Positions 29,483-39,900 of a stretch of 64,000 bases of DNA are shown here, one piece after another. The stretch lies in the IMG/VR virus record IMGVR_UViG_3300030104_003363; one strand, given 5' to 3'. The translations under genes and the position numbers were made by a program. The notes under the pieces were generated by a model that did not search any database, was not told the origin of the DNA, and saw only the letters and a program-made list of their open reading frames with translations. Origin of the DNA: an uncultured virus (IMG/VR IMGVR_UViG_3300030104_003363). Taxonomy: Duplodnaviria > Heunggongvirae > Uroviricota > Caudoviricetes. The number at the start of each line of letters is the position of its first letter. The first letter of the stretch is position 1.

Positions 29483-29600
29483 ATTTATCACTCTTTTTTC
29501 TTTCTTTTGGCGGCTCAGCCTCACTTATCAGACGGATAGTTCCATCTTCTTTAATCTCCCAAACGCCTAAAGTGTTTATGAAAGTATTCCTATCATTCAT
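29448..29600 (-). CDS. 50-aa basic protein (not in ORF track)
   Basis: MNDRNTFINTLGVWEIKEDG...KKRNRTK; ATGA overlap with upstream gene. Confidence 0.5.
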   Translation of the reverse strand: MNDRNTFINTLGVWEIKEDGTIRLISEAEPPKERKKSDKYASTKKRNRTK

Positions 29601-29845
29601 TCTTCTTCATCTACTTTTGGGGTAAAAGAACGGGGTAATGCTTTCATTACTTTATCCCATCCTAAATCAATTGCTTCATCTCTTGTTAAGGTAGTATTAG
29701 CCACAATGTGTCCTTTCATTAAACCAAGACGATAACCTGCTTTTCTATCTGCTTCGTTAGCCCACCAAAACACTTCTTCGGAAGAATGCTGCCCTAGTGC
29801 TGCGGCCAAAACTTCTATATCGTCTGTTGCGACCAATACTCTCAT
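29597..29845 (-). CDS. Hypothetical protein
   Basis: ORF track; AGGTG SD. Confidence 0.6.
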   Translation of the reverse strand: MRVLVATDDIEVLAAALGQHSSEEVFWWANEADRKAGYRLGLMKGHIVANTTLTRDEAIDLGWDKVMKALPRSFTPKVDEEE

Positions 29846-29854
29846 TGTAACACC

Positions 29855-29992
29855 TTACTCTTTCTTAGATTTTTTAGTAGCCTTCTTTTTTGGTGCTGCT
29901 TTCTTTTTTCTTTCGATAAGTTTTTCAACCAATCTACCATCTTTCATTTCTTTAGACCAAATGTTTCCTTCTTTATCTTCGTATGTTTCCAT
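29855..29992 (-). CDS. 45-aa Lys-rich protein (not in ORF track)
   Basis: METYEDKEGNIW...KKKAAPKKKATKKSKKE; AGGTGAG SD. Confidence 0.65.
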   Translation of the reverse strand: METYEDKEGNIWSKEMKDGRLVEKLIERKKKAAPKKKATKKSKKE

Positions 29993-30007
29993 TTTCTCAC
30001 CTTATAT

Positions 30008-30205
30008 TTATGCTACATCAATCCATACTACGGTTAATGTAATGAAATTACTGTCTTTCTTTCTTGTAGTATCACAAGAAATTACTACGTCATTGTTGGC
30101 TATTGCAGCCCTAAATGCCGTTTGTACTTCTGCTGCTGTTCCTGTAAAAGCATTGACTTTTAGTTTTGTTTTGTCTGCTATTACTGTACCACCATTGTTA
30201 GCCAT
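30008..30205 (-). CDS. Small virion-associated protein
   Basis: GAGGTGA SD; follows tail tube. Confidence 0.6.
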   Translation of the reverse strand: MANNGGTVIADKTKLKVNAFTGTAAEVQTAFRAAIANNDVVISCDTTRKKDSNFITLTVVWIDVA

Positions 30206-30216
30206 ACTTATTCACC

Positions 30217-31425
30217 TCAGTATGCTGATGGCGCACCGCTACCATCATCTACGCCTGTACCTGCTATACTCATGTCAATTGCTTTTCCTAGTAGTGGATT
30301 TACTAATGCTGTAAAGTTTACAGACATTGTGTTTGTATCTCTACCGCTTACGTTAGCAGTAGGGGCTTCAAACCTTAAGTGGTATAGGTTAATTGTAAGA
30401 TTAGAAGGTGTTGATTCGTCATCAGTAAAGACTAACTGCATAATAGAGTTACCGTTGTATTGCGGGTCCTCAAAGGATAAACCATCTTCTGCGATTAAAG
30501 TATCATAGGTAGGTTCTTCTGCTGCTGCTGTGTAAACAACTTCGTTAAAGTCAATGCTACCTGTAATTTCCATTTGTTGTGAAGCAGGTGCGTGTCTGTA
30601 AGTACTGCTACCTAGACCGTATGAGTTATCTGTATCTCTGTTCATAGAAATACTTAGGTTTACTCCCTTTACCTTTGCTGTTGCTGAACCTAATCCGTCT
30701 GTACCGTTGTCAAACTTTACTGTACCGTTAGCGAAATGTAGTGCGTCTAAAGCAACACCATCATAAAGAACTGTACTTGTTTGTAATGCAGATGTAGCGG
30801 ATTCTGATTTTCCTACGAAATCAAAACTAGCCATAACGTATTCTCCTACGTTAGCAGTTAAAGACATACTGTTAAGCATCATACCTGTGTATGTGTGTTC
30901 TTTTGCTTCTCTACCTACTCTTAGGGTAAAAGAAGGATAGATAATTTTGTATGCGTCTGCTGCATCCCAAGCACCTGCGGAATGAGTTGCGATAAATCTG
31001 TATAATTCATCATTGTAAATAACGTAATCACCAATAGAGTAAGACGTACTTGCAGAAAATACACCTTCGTTTGCTAGTGCTGTATTACTTGTTCTTTTGT
31101 TAAGACCAAAAAATGCTTGCTCTAATGAATGTTTTGAAGTAGCACCGCTACCCGATACTGTATCATCCGGTAAAATACCGTGTAGTAGCATTCCGAAGAA
31201 ATCATCTACTTGTACAGCCATGTTTATTCCGCCCTCGGAATACTCTGTACCTGTTACCATTTTGCTTGATTGCTGTCTGCTTATATCTGACCTACCTAGC
31301 ATCTCAAAGTTCATTGAAATTGATTCATCATCAATCTCACCAAATGTTTGTGTACCGGAAGGTTCTGAACCGTATGTAGTCTCTTTTTCTATTGAAATAT
31401 ACCTATTTAAGAACTCTGTCGCCAT
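30217..31425 (-). CDS. Major tail tube protein with inserted CBM5/12-like module
   Basis: KETTYG N-terminus, PSFTL, YTGM..NSMSL, ITGSI motifs; insert YSIGDYVIYNDELY. Confidence 0.8.
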   Translation of the reverse strand: MATEFLNRYISIEKETTYGSEPSGTQTFGEIDDESISMNFEMLGRSDISRQQSSKMVTGTEYSEGGINMAVQVDDFFGMLLHGILPDDTVSGSGATSKHSLEQAFFGLNKRTSNTALANEGVFSASTSYSIGDYVIYNDELYRFIATHSAGAWDAADAYKIIYPSFTLRVGREAKEHTYTGMMLNSMSLTANVGEYVMASFDFVGKSESATSALQTSTVLYDGVALDALHFANGTVKFDNGTDGLGSATAKVKGVNLSISMNRDTDNSYGLGSSTYRHAPASQQMEITGSIDFNEVVYTAAAEEPTYDTLIAEDGLSFEDPQYNGNSIMQLVFTDDESTPSNLTINLYHLRFEAPTANVSGRDTNTMSVNFTALVNPLLGKAIDMSIAGTGVDDGSGAPSAY

Positions 31426-31476
31426 ATTATTACCTCTATGTGTGTGTAGAACGAACCGAGTCTCTTATCAATATTA

Positions 31477-32541
31477 TTATCTATGTCGCATATCTAACAA
31501 ACGCATATATGTCAAAGTCAAAGTATGCACACATACCGTTTCGTCATCATCCATTTTAGTATCTAATTCTGCACTATATGACACAAGGCTATCAGTAGTA
31601 CCTAAAACACCAGTATTGACGTATAATTCGTCAAACACTTCACCTATAATATTTAAACCTTGTCTGTAAGCATTTTCGTAATTAGTACCTTTAGTGGTAA
31701 CATATATTTCTACATCATAATTTTGTTTTATCTTAGAACCGGATAATGCTTCAAACTGTGGAGAATCAAGACCCGTAACAACAATATGTATGTTAGGCGT
31801 AGTATATCTATTTAGCATTCTTGAAGATATGTCGTAACCATATACTATATTAGCATCGGAAACTTGTGTTTTTAAATATATTTTTTGTGTATTTTTTAAT
31901 AAATCTACAATAGCAATACCCATTCTAGGTACTGCGTCTTGTGCGAAATCACTTGTCATTAATTGTTCGGGGGTAAACGCACCAAACTTAGAATAATATA
32001 CGTTAGACCATTTTACATTACCTGTTGTATTTCCCCATTGTATAATTTTTGATGAACCACTAGCACCTGTAACGCTGCTAAAAATATCTTCTGCGTCATC
32101 ATCCTGTATAATTTCATGTACATACATTTTAGCCGCCCCTGTTGCATCTAAAGTTAAACGCAAAACTAAAGGTACTGGGTTATTTTCCGTTAAAAGTAAA
32201 TCTAAATCACTTACTGTAACTGTTGTAGCACCTACTAATTTTAGTGAAGTACCGTTACCAGTACCTTTTACTTCTACTTTGTGTGTACCGTTATCTAACT
32301 TTACAAGAACTTCATCATTATCGGGTGCAGTAGTATAAGATAAACACGCAACGAATGTGTATGCTGTATGAGTTGTAGGTGTTATAAGGTAAGTACCGTT
32401 TGTTACAACCCAATTCCCATTAGAAGCAGTACCACTACCCGAAACAGCAGTCCAAGAATCTTGGAAATGACCTGTCAATGCTGTTGGGTTTGTACCGTTC
32501 ATTCTACTATTCCAATACTGTGTTGTTGTCGCTACTGCCAT
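31477..32541 (-). CDS. Tail terminator/completion-like protein with N-terminal beta domain
   Basis: Directly upstream of tail tube; C-terminal ~140 aa fits terminator size. Confidence 0.5.
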   Translation of the reverse strand: MAVATTTQYWNSRMNGTNPTALTGHFQDSWTAVSGSGTASNGNWVVTNGTYLITPTTHTAYTFVACLSYTTAPDNDEVLVKLDNGTHKVEVKGTGNGTSLKLVGATTVTVSDLDLLLTENNPVPLVLRLTLDATGAAKMYVHEIIQDDDAEDIFSSVTGASGSSKIIQWGNTTGNVKWSNVYYSKFGAFTPEQLMTSDFAQDAVPRMGIAIVDLLKNTQKIYLKTQVSDANIVYGYDISSRMLNRYTTPNIHIVVTGLDSPQFEALSGSKIKQNYDVEIYVTTKGTNYENAYRQGLNIIGEVFDELYVNTGVLGTTDSLVSYSAELDTKMDDDETVCVHTLTLTYMRLLDMRHR

Positions 32542-32543
32542 AT

Positions 32544-33719
32544 TTACTGCCTCTTTAATTGTTTTCTAAATGTTCTGCCACTCATACCTTGCCTTCTATT
32601 AAATCTTGTACCTTTACCTAAAAAATATGCAGCAGTATCGGATTTAGGAGAAGGCCGTACATTTGGCCTAACTCTAAATGGTTGTTGAGTGTTTTCTCGC
32701 AATTCTGTCAAAGATTTGCCGCCTTTGTTCATTCTACTACCTCTCGCACCAGTAGGTCTTGTAGTGCTATCTCCTTCATCAAAAGAACCTATAATGAAAG
32801 AAATATATCTTGAATATTTTTGTGTTCCTTCGCCTTTTTCTTCTACTAAATTACCGTACAAAGACCTAGCAATTCTACTTATAGCATCACCTGTTAATTT
32901 ATGGCCTGTACCTCTTTGAAAAGAAGTAATACTATCTTCTCCTGTAGGTACATCTGTATGACCCCATCTTGATTTCTTTTTAAAATGCTTGCTTTTACTT
33001 GTTCCGGGTCTACTATTTATCTCTCTTCTTGTTTCTACTACCGTTCTATGTACTATATCACCCAAAAAAGCCTTAGATACCATATACACTCCTTCTGTCA
33101 AATAAGTAGATTGTTTGATAAAAGCCGATTTATCGAAAAAAGCCTTAAAACTTAAGTTGTATTCTTTATTTCTAAGAAGTTTTGGGTATTTAGGTTTACT
33201 TCTATCTATTCTACCACCTGCTTTAAAACCAAAACGCGCTTGTCTTAAATTAGAGGCTGCTCTTTGTTTTCTTAATACTCTATTCCATGCTTCTCTTGAT
33301 TTAGCCGATGATGTAGCCTCGGCTGTTGCTCCGCTTTTTAATTTAATTTCTGTTCCCGGCATATATCCGGGTGCGGTAAATAAACTTCTCATATTTGCTT
33401 GTTGAGCGTTTCTGAAACCCGCAGCACCTATTCGGCTATTGTCTTTGTTTTGTTTTAAGTATCTTTTATCTTGTTTTGTTAAAGGTCTACCATCTCTAAT
33501 ATTATTTTGACTTAATTCAAACCAAGTTTTATCTTCTAATTTTTGTATTTGGCTTTTAAAATTGTTTATATTTTGCCCTAATAGTTTAGAGTAATTACTT
33601 CTTGCTTTAGTCATTGTTCCTAATCTGACCCAACCCGGATGAACATAATTTTCACCACTAATAAAAACTGCACCTTTCTTTTCTTGTTTTACCTTAAATT
33701 GTTTTTTTAGATTAGCCAT
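32544..33719 (-). CDS. Highly basic neck/tail-completion region protein
   Basis: K/R-rich 391 aa; position in neck cluster. Confidence 0.45.
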   Translation of the reverse strand: MANLKKQFKVKQEKKGAVFISGENYVHPGWVRLGTMTKARSNYSKLLGQNINNFKSQIQKLEDKTWFELSQNNIRDGRPLTKQDKRYLKQNKDNSRIGAAGFRNAQQANMRSLFTAPGYMPGTEIKLKSGATAEATSSAKSREAWNRVLRKQRAASNLRQARFGFKAGGRIDRSKPKYPKLLRNKEYNLSFKAFFDKSAFIKQSTYLTEGVYMVSKAFLGDIVHRTVVETRREINSRPGTSKSKHFKKKSRWGHTDVPTGEDSITSFQRGTGHKLTGDAISRIARSLYGNLVEEKGEGTQKYSRYISFIIGSFDEGDSTTRPTGARGSRMNKGGKSLTELRENTQQPFRVRPNVRPSPKSDTAAYFLGKGTRFNRRQGMSGRTFRKQLKRQ

Positions 33720-33728
33720 ATAATTACC

Positions 33729-34253
33729 TCAAGAAAAACTTCCGAGATGAGCCAATCTTGTAAGGTTATTTACTCCCCTTTCTCTAAGTACATTTCCTCT
33801 TAGAGTATCACCACCTTCGTGAAATGTGGATTCATCTTCCATGTAATATGCTGCTGCTATATCTGCACATATTTCTCTAAGAACGTGTGCAAACTCACCT
33901 TGTTGAACAGTAACGCCACTTGCGTGTGCAATAGAAACTCCTGTAACACCTGTTAAATCATTACTAGATTTACCAGTCCAAGATATTGTATCACCGTCAA
34001 TGTTGCCGCTACCGGAAGTAGCGAATGCACTTGCACTTGTTAGTGTTATAGTCGTAGCACCTACTGATACAGCACCGTTAGCGGTAGTCTCTGTAACACT
34101 AGGATTAGACCTACCGTAGTCGTTATAGACTTGTTCTATTTCAATAGAAGCCCTACGAATTGCTACTTGTAAAGTATTACCTGCCTGTACTCTTTGTGCT
34201 GAGTTAAGACCCAATCTAAGTCCGACATCACTTGTAGAACAATAATATACCAT
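33729..34253 (-). CDS. Head-tail adaptor-like protein
   Basis: YCSTSDV N-terminus, RASIEI, LREICADIAA; central beta insert. Confidence 0.6.
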   Translation of the reverse strand: MVYYCSTSDVGLRLGLNSAQRVQAGNTLQVAIRRASIEIEQVYNDYGRSNPSVTETTANGAVSVGATTITLTSASAFATSGSGNIDGDTISWTGKSSNDLTGVTGVSIAHASGVTVQQGEFAHVLREICADIAAAYYMEDESTFHEGGDTLRGNVLRERGVNNLTRLAHLGSFS

Positions 34254-34425
34254 TTAAACCAATCACTCCTATTACTAATATCTGCGTTATCCAATGCATA
34301 CGCATACTTTTGGTTTGATATTTTTCAAGTGTCTTTTCAATATTACTAACTTTTACGGCTGTATTGCCGCTAGTTGCAGACAAATGACTTATCCATTGAT
34401 TCCATCTTTCGCGTTCACTAGCCAT
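34228..34425 (-). CDS. Small protein with C-terminal hydrophobic segment
   Basis: MASERERW...WITQILVIGVIGL. Confidence 0.45.
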   Translation of the reverse strand: MASERERWNQWISHLSATSGNTAVKVSNIEKTLEKYQTKSMRMHWITQILVIGVIGLNGILLFYK

Positions 34426-34429
34426 ATAA

Positions 34430-34672
34430 TCACATTTGTGTAGATATTCCCATAGCACCTGCTACTATTGCTATTAAGGTAAATATAATTTTTTGCATAT
34501 TAGCCATATAAGTACCTATTAGGCCGTTAGTTATTTCTAATTCAGTAGCCACCTTAGCAAGCCCTGTTTGCATATTTACTTGAGACTGCACAAGTTGTTC
34601 TATCAACCTTTCATGTCTTTCGGTTACATTCTCTAAGTTATCTAATCTTAAAGATATTACGTCGTCTGACAC
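34430..34672 (-). CDS. Coiled-coil protein with C-terminal TM helix
   Basis: RLDNLENVTERHE...IIFTLIAIVAGAMGI. Confidence 0.6.
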   Translation of the reverse strand: MSDDVISLRLDNLENVTERHERLIEQLVQSQVNMQTGLAKVATELEITNGLIGTYMANMQKIIFTLIAIVAGAMGISTQM

Positions 34673-35058
34673 TAAGCCTCACCCATGTGTGCTTCTAATC
34701 GAGCCACAAGGTCTGCCTTTTTGCCTTTAACTGAAAGACCTGCCTCTTTCAATTTTTCTTTTAGTTCAGAAACATTATGTGAATCAAGAGTTTTTTCTAT
34801 TTTCTCTATTTCTTCTTTTGCTTCTTCGGCTTTCTCCTTAACCTCATCTACTGAATCTAATAATTCGTCTAATGTTATTTTTCCATCAGCACTTAATACT
34901 AGGTATTTTTTGTACAAAAATACACCTATACCTACTAATGCTGCTAAAGATAACAGTATTAATTCTATATCATCTAATAATGAAGATGATTCTAAGGGTA
35001 TGCAATCTATTGTTTCGTTTAGTGCGTTTACGCACGTTTCTGCTGTTGTGTTATTCAT
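34672..35058 (-). CDS. Membrane-anchored SAP-domain protein
   Basis: TM LILLSLAALVGIGVFLY; SAP motif VSELKEKLKEAGLSVKGKKADLVARL. Confidence 0.8.
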   Translation of the reverse strand: MNNTTAETCVNALNETIDCIPLESSSLLDDIELILLSLAALVGIGVFLYKKYLVLSADGKITLDELLDSVDEVKEKAEEAKEEIEKIEKTLDSHNVSELKEKLKEAGLSVKGKKADLVARLEAHMGEA

Positions 35059-35060
35059 TT

Positions 35061-35267
35061 TTATTCCTCTCTATCGTATATTATTTGTTTAACTGCTGAG
35101 TGTGGTATAACAGTAAATGCTCTTTCACTACCCCTTCGGTAAATCTTGAACCCATGAGGTGTCTCTTCAATGTTTACATTTGTATATGACTTTTCGGGTG
35201 CAATATACACTATTTTTCCTGTTCTTACTACCAAAAAAATCACTCCCAACGTGGGCCTTCGGCCCAC
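35061..35267 (-). CDS. Hypothetical protein (true start probably downstream)
   Basis: ORF track; fills the gap in the operon. Confidence 0.5.
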   Translation of the reverse strand: MGRRPTLGVIFLVVRTGKIVYIAPEKSYTNVNIEETPHGFKIYRRGSERAFTVIPHSAVKQIIYDREE

Positions 35268-35809
35268 CCTACTAGACTTGTCCTATTACCTTTAGTAATA
35301 GGTGCAACTCCGTGTTCAAAGTATGATAAGAAACATATTACTGTACCTTTCTTAGCGAGTGCTACTGGGTCGGGATTTTGAGTATGACTAAATGTTAATT
35401 CGCCACCTTCATAATCTTCGGGGTCTGATAATTGTACGACAATGCTTATCTTTCTATGCATTCCGTCTTGTCTGTTCCAGTCAATATCATGGTGCATACC
35501 ATAATGATAACCTATATCTTTGTATTCTGTAAATTGTAAAGGAGGCAGATAAGATACTTTTACGTTAAAATGTTCGTTGGCTTTTTCTATATACCACATC
35601 ATTTGTTCTGTAAGAGGTTTGTATTTTTCATCTTGTAGCCACCTTATTTGTGTCTTTCTATGTCCATCTTCTTTGCCTTCTCCTGTTCTAAAGGTAGAGG
35701 CTTTTTTAGGCTCTGCTTCTTTTGCTGCCTCGATTATTTCATTCACTAATTCTTCACTCAACGCTTCTTCCCACATTATCCATGCGGGATGTTTCATCAT
35801 TTCTGACAT
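35240..35809 (-). CDS. 2OG-Fe(II) oxygenase (prolyl-hydroxylase/PKHD-like)
   Basis: HxD (HHD), RKISIVVQLSDPEDYEGGEL, H.V.PITKG.R.SLVGW. Confidence 0.92.
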   Translation of the reverse strand: MSEMMKHPAWIMWEEALSEELVNEIIEAAKEAEPKKASTFRTGEGKEDGHRKTQIRWLQDEKYKPLTEQMMWYIEKANEHFNVKVSYLPPLQFTEYKDIGYHYGMHHDIDWNRQDGMHRKISIVVQLSDPEDYEGGELTFSHTQNPDPVALAKKGTVICFLSYFEHGVAPITKGNRTSLVGWAEGPRWE

Positions 35810-35845
35810 ATACCACCATTACATCATAGGGTATTTAAGGAGTAT

Positions 35846-36403
35846 CTAAGCCCACCAACTACCAATATTAGTTACATAACTACCATATCTTTCTTCCATT
35901 AATTCTTTGTATGCTTTCATGGTTAATGGATTGTCATAAACCCAAGTATCAAACCAACCTACATCCCAAGAAGAATCTGCCGGTGGATTCCAAGTTTCTA
36001 TATCTGCTTTTATTAAGGTAAAAGTATCATCTTTAACGCAGTTATCCCAAACTAAATCAATTACATCTTGGCTGTTTTCTATTATAGTTACAGAAGTAAC
36101 ATTAGGATTATCAATTAATGTTTGATGCACCAAACCTATCCCTAGACCACCAATTAACACATCTCCTGTTGCATTATCCCAAAGCCATTGATGTTCTCTA
36201 TATTCAGCGTAAGAATCTTGCATAATAGGCATACTGCACCCTTCTTTAGTTAATACTGTATATTCTTCTGCTGTTTCGTTTTTCATATTTACATAAGTTT
36301 CCCACATATAATCTGTAGTCTGCATTGTAAAATGTCTTATTGCGAAGTCTCCCGATGTTCCTTCCGGTAAAATTACTCTTTGTCTTTCTGCCATATTAAT
36401 CAA
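35846..36403 (-). CDS. Class I SAM-dependent methyltransferase (spermidine-synthase-like fold)
   Basis: VLIGGLGIG, VTIIE, IKADI, WFD. Confidence 0.85.
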   Translation of the reverse strand: MINMAERQRVILPEGTSGDFAIRHFTMQTTDYMWETYVNMKNETAEEYTVLTKEGCSMPIMQDSYAEYREHQWLWDNATGDVLIGGLGIGLVHQTLIDNPNVTSVTIIENSQDVIDLVWDNCVKDDTFTLIKADIETWNPPADSSWDVGWFDTWVYDNPLTMKAYKELMEERYGSYVTNIGSWWA

Positions 36404-36990
36404 CTCACATAATCATAAATTATTCTTACTTTAGGGGATATTGTAGTAGTACCACTAGAATTAGTAGCCGTTGCTCTAACTAAAAGTTTTAACTCATCTC
36501 CCGCAGCAGGTCCGGCAAGGCCACCCCTACCACCACCAAAAGTCATAGTACAAGTATTAGCATCAGTAGTACCTGTGCAATCCTGTGCTGTTGAGTTAGT
36601 ACCCATAGAAACCGAACAAGAATTACTTAGACTAGAAGAGTCAATCGTACAATTCCAAGCAAAACTTGTTGCGTTTGTTGCTCTAATATATCCTTTAATT
36701 TTTATTTGGTCTACTGATGCACAACCATTAAAAGGCAAAATAGCATCAACAGGTGCAGAATGAGTATATTCTCTTGTAGTACCACTATCAGCACTAGACC
36801 AACCACTACTTGTTCCTGTTTGGGATATGCTGTGCATAGCATCTGCACCCGGACACCCTGAACCCGAACTAACCCAAGCGGCATCATCTGTATTATTACC
36901 TGCATTATTTACCGCAGTAGCAATAGAGCAAGCGGTAGGTGGAACACCTGCGGCATCTTGGGCTATTGTTCCTAAAATACCAATCCACAT
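36400..36990 (-). CDS. Cys/Ser/Thr-rich fibre-associated protein
   Basis: Directly downstream of collagen-like fibre; composition. Confidence 0.5.
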   Translation of the reverse strand: MWIGILGTIAQDAAGVPPTACSIATAVNNAGNNTDDAAWVSSGSGCPGADAMHSISQTGTSSGWSSADSGTTREYTHSAPVDAILPFNGCASVDQIKIKGYIRATNATSFAWNCTIDSSSLSNSCSVSMGTNSTAQDCTGTTDANTCTMTFGGGRGGLAGPAAGDELKLLVRATATNSSGTTTISPKVRIIYDYVS

Positions 36991-36994
36991 TTTA

Positions 36995-39900
36995 TCACCC
37001 TATAACTATCCATGTACTAGCATCTACGGCTATAAATGTTTTAGACTTATATCTTGTTGTTATTAGTTGATTAGTAGTAGAACCATTCATTGTATCAGAA
37101 CCATTAGAATCTATTGTAACTGTACCTGTCGTATCACTAAAAATAAGATATTGTTCACCTGCTGCCGGACTAGCAGGGAGATTCATTGTGGCTGTTGCTG
37201 TTACTATAATATATTTACCCGCATAGTTTGTGTTAAGAGTAGTAGTGCTGTTAAGACTAACTACCATACCTTCATTTAGTTTTACCCCATCACTAAATGT
37301 TTTTTCTCCCGAAAATGATTGTGTTCCGCTTGTTACACCAGTAGGTCCTGTAGGGCCGGTAGGTCCCGTAGGTCCTGTTCCGCCACTTGGTCCGGTCGGC
37401 CCATTCGGTCCCGTAGGTCCTGTAGGTCCTGTCGAACCCGGCGGCCCAGTTGGGCCTGTATCTCCGGGCGGGATTGTAAAGGCAAAAACCTTAGCAGTCG
37501 CAGGTCCACTAGATGCAATTGCTAGCGGGCCACTCGCTACCGTAGGCGTACCAAAACCGGCTGCCGTTCCGGTAGGTCCCGTAGGTCCCGTAGGCCCAGT
37601 AGGTCCGGGCGGCCCCGCAGGTCCGGTCGGCCCAGTAGGTCCGGTACTTCCGGGTGGTATTGTAAATGCAAAGACTTTTGCAGTTGCCGGACCGCTTGAA
37701 GCAATTGCTAAAGGCCCGCTTGCTACGGTGGGTGTTCCAAACCCTGCGGCTGTTCCTGTTGGTCCAGTCGGTCCGGTTGGTCCCGCAGGGCCAGTAGGTC
37801 CAGTCGGTCCGGTTGGTCCAGTAGGTCCAGTTGAACCCGGTGGTATTGTAAAGGCAAATATTTTGGCTGTGTCCGGTCCACTTGAAGATATAGCAAGCGG
37901 TCCACTTGCCACCGTTGGGGTGCCAAATCCGGCAGCAGCCCCAGTTGGTCCACCCGGTCCTGTTGAGCCGGGCGGTCCTGTCGGACCTGTCGGACCTGTA
38001 GGTCCTGTCGGACCTGTAGGGCCAGTATCTCCCGGTGGAATCGTGAATGCAAATACTTTAGCAGTATTAGGGCCGCTACTAGATATAGCCAAAGGACCAC
38101 TAGCAACCGTAGGTGTTCCGAAACCTGCCGCACTTCCTGTTGAACCTGTCGGTCCTGTAGAACCCGGTGGTCCAGTTGGACCTGTCGGCCCAGTTGGTCC
38201 CGTAGGACCTGCCGGCCCAGTTGAGCCGGGTGGAATAGTAAAAGCAAAGACCTTTGATGTATTTGGTCCACTACTACTTATAGCAAGAGGACCGGAAGAA
38301 ACTGTCGGTGTTCCAAATCCGGCAGCAGCACCCGCAGGTCCAGTAGGTCCTGTATCTCCATCACCACCGGCCGGTCCGGTTGGTCCGGTAGGGCCTGTTG
38401 GTCCGGTAGGTCCTGTTGGTCCTGTACCACCGGGCGGTATAGTGAAAGCAAATATCTTAGCCGTGTCCGGTCCACTTGCTGAAATTGCCAAAGGTCCGGA
38501 AGCCATAGTAGGTGTACCAAATCCGGCTGCTGTTCCTGTACTACCTGTTGGTCCATTTGGTCCAGTTGGTCCACTAGGTCCCGTAGGTCCGGTTGGTCCT
38601 TCATCTCCTTGTGTACCTTGAGGTCCGGTAGGTCCACTTGGCCCAGTTGGGCCGGGTGGTCCGGCTGAACCCGTTGGACCGGAAGGACCAGTAGCCCCTG
38701 TATCTCCTTTGTCTCCTGTTCTAGCAAAAGTTACCATAACATCTTCACCATCTGAAAACGGTGAGGAAGCGGAAGAGTCTATTGTACTTACTGTTATGTC
38801 AAAATAACCCGAATCTTCTGCTAAAGATGAAATAGTGTGTAAAGTAAATTGGCTTGAGTCTGTTAAGTTGCTAATTTTAACATGACCTTTTATTGTTGAT
38901 GTAGAATCATCAATAGTACGAAGGAATGATTGAATATCAGTACCGTCTAAATCGCTATCATCTATGTATATAGCAGTAGCAGATGATTGAGTACCGTTAT
39001 TTAGTTTTACCTTACCTGCACCGGGGTCGCTATCGCTAGTATTTGTAGAAAAATCATATTTGAAAGATGCACCACCAAAGTTACCGTCTGCACCACTTGG
39101 TCCTGTCGGCCCTGTACTACCTGCCGGCCCAGTAGGCCCAGTAGGACCACTTGGCCCAGTAGGACCATTTGGTCCGGTAGGACCTTGACTACCAGTAGGA
39201 CCACTAGGTCCTGTAGGCCCTGTCGGTCCCGCAGGTATAGTAAAGGCAAATACTTTTGCACTATCCGGCCCACTTACTGCTACTGCTAAAGGCCCTGTGG
39301 TTATAGTAGGTGTTCCTACACCTGCTGCTGCACCCGAAGGCCCTGTCGGTCCGGTAGAACCTGTTGGTCCTGTTCCCCCCGATGGACCAGTAGGACCAGT
39401 AGGGCCTGTAGGTCCTGTTGGTCCGGTAGAACCGGGTGGAATTGTAAAAGCGAAAACTTTTGCTGTGTCCGGCCCACTAGAGCCGATTGCTAATGGACCA
39501 CTAGCAACTGTCGGTGTACCAAAACCTGCGGCAGAACCCGTAGGGCCAGTATTACCTTGTGTTCCTTGTGGGCCTGTAGGTCCGGTAGGTCCTTGTGAGC
39601 CTGTTGAACCCGTAGGTCCGGGTGGACCTGCCGGTCCTGTACTGCCTTGAGGCCCTGTTGGACCATCCGGTCCTACATTTCCTTGAGGTCCTTGAGGTCC
39701 TGTCGGTCCAGTTGAACCTGTATCTCCTTTATCACCCGTTCTTGCGAAAGTAACTGCTACATCTTCACCATCACTAAAAGGGGATGTTGTGGAAGAATCT
39801 ACTGCACTTACTGTTATATCGAAATAACCTGTATTTTCTGTTAGAGAAGATATAGTAAATAATACAAACTGTGAAGGGTCTGTAAGGTTACTTACTTTAA

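Noticed and set aside
31097..31669. 190-aa plus-strand ORF and the many other 60-140-aa ORFs opposite long genes
   Set aside because: Antisense to well-supported genes, with no start signals or recognisable motifs
37230..38621. 463-aa plus-strand ORF of GPV repeats, and similar ORFs at 39297-39650 and 40611-41042
   Set aside because: Antisense shadow of the collagen gene: GGNCCN is self-complementary, so the opposite strand also reads Gly-Pro-X without stops
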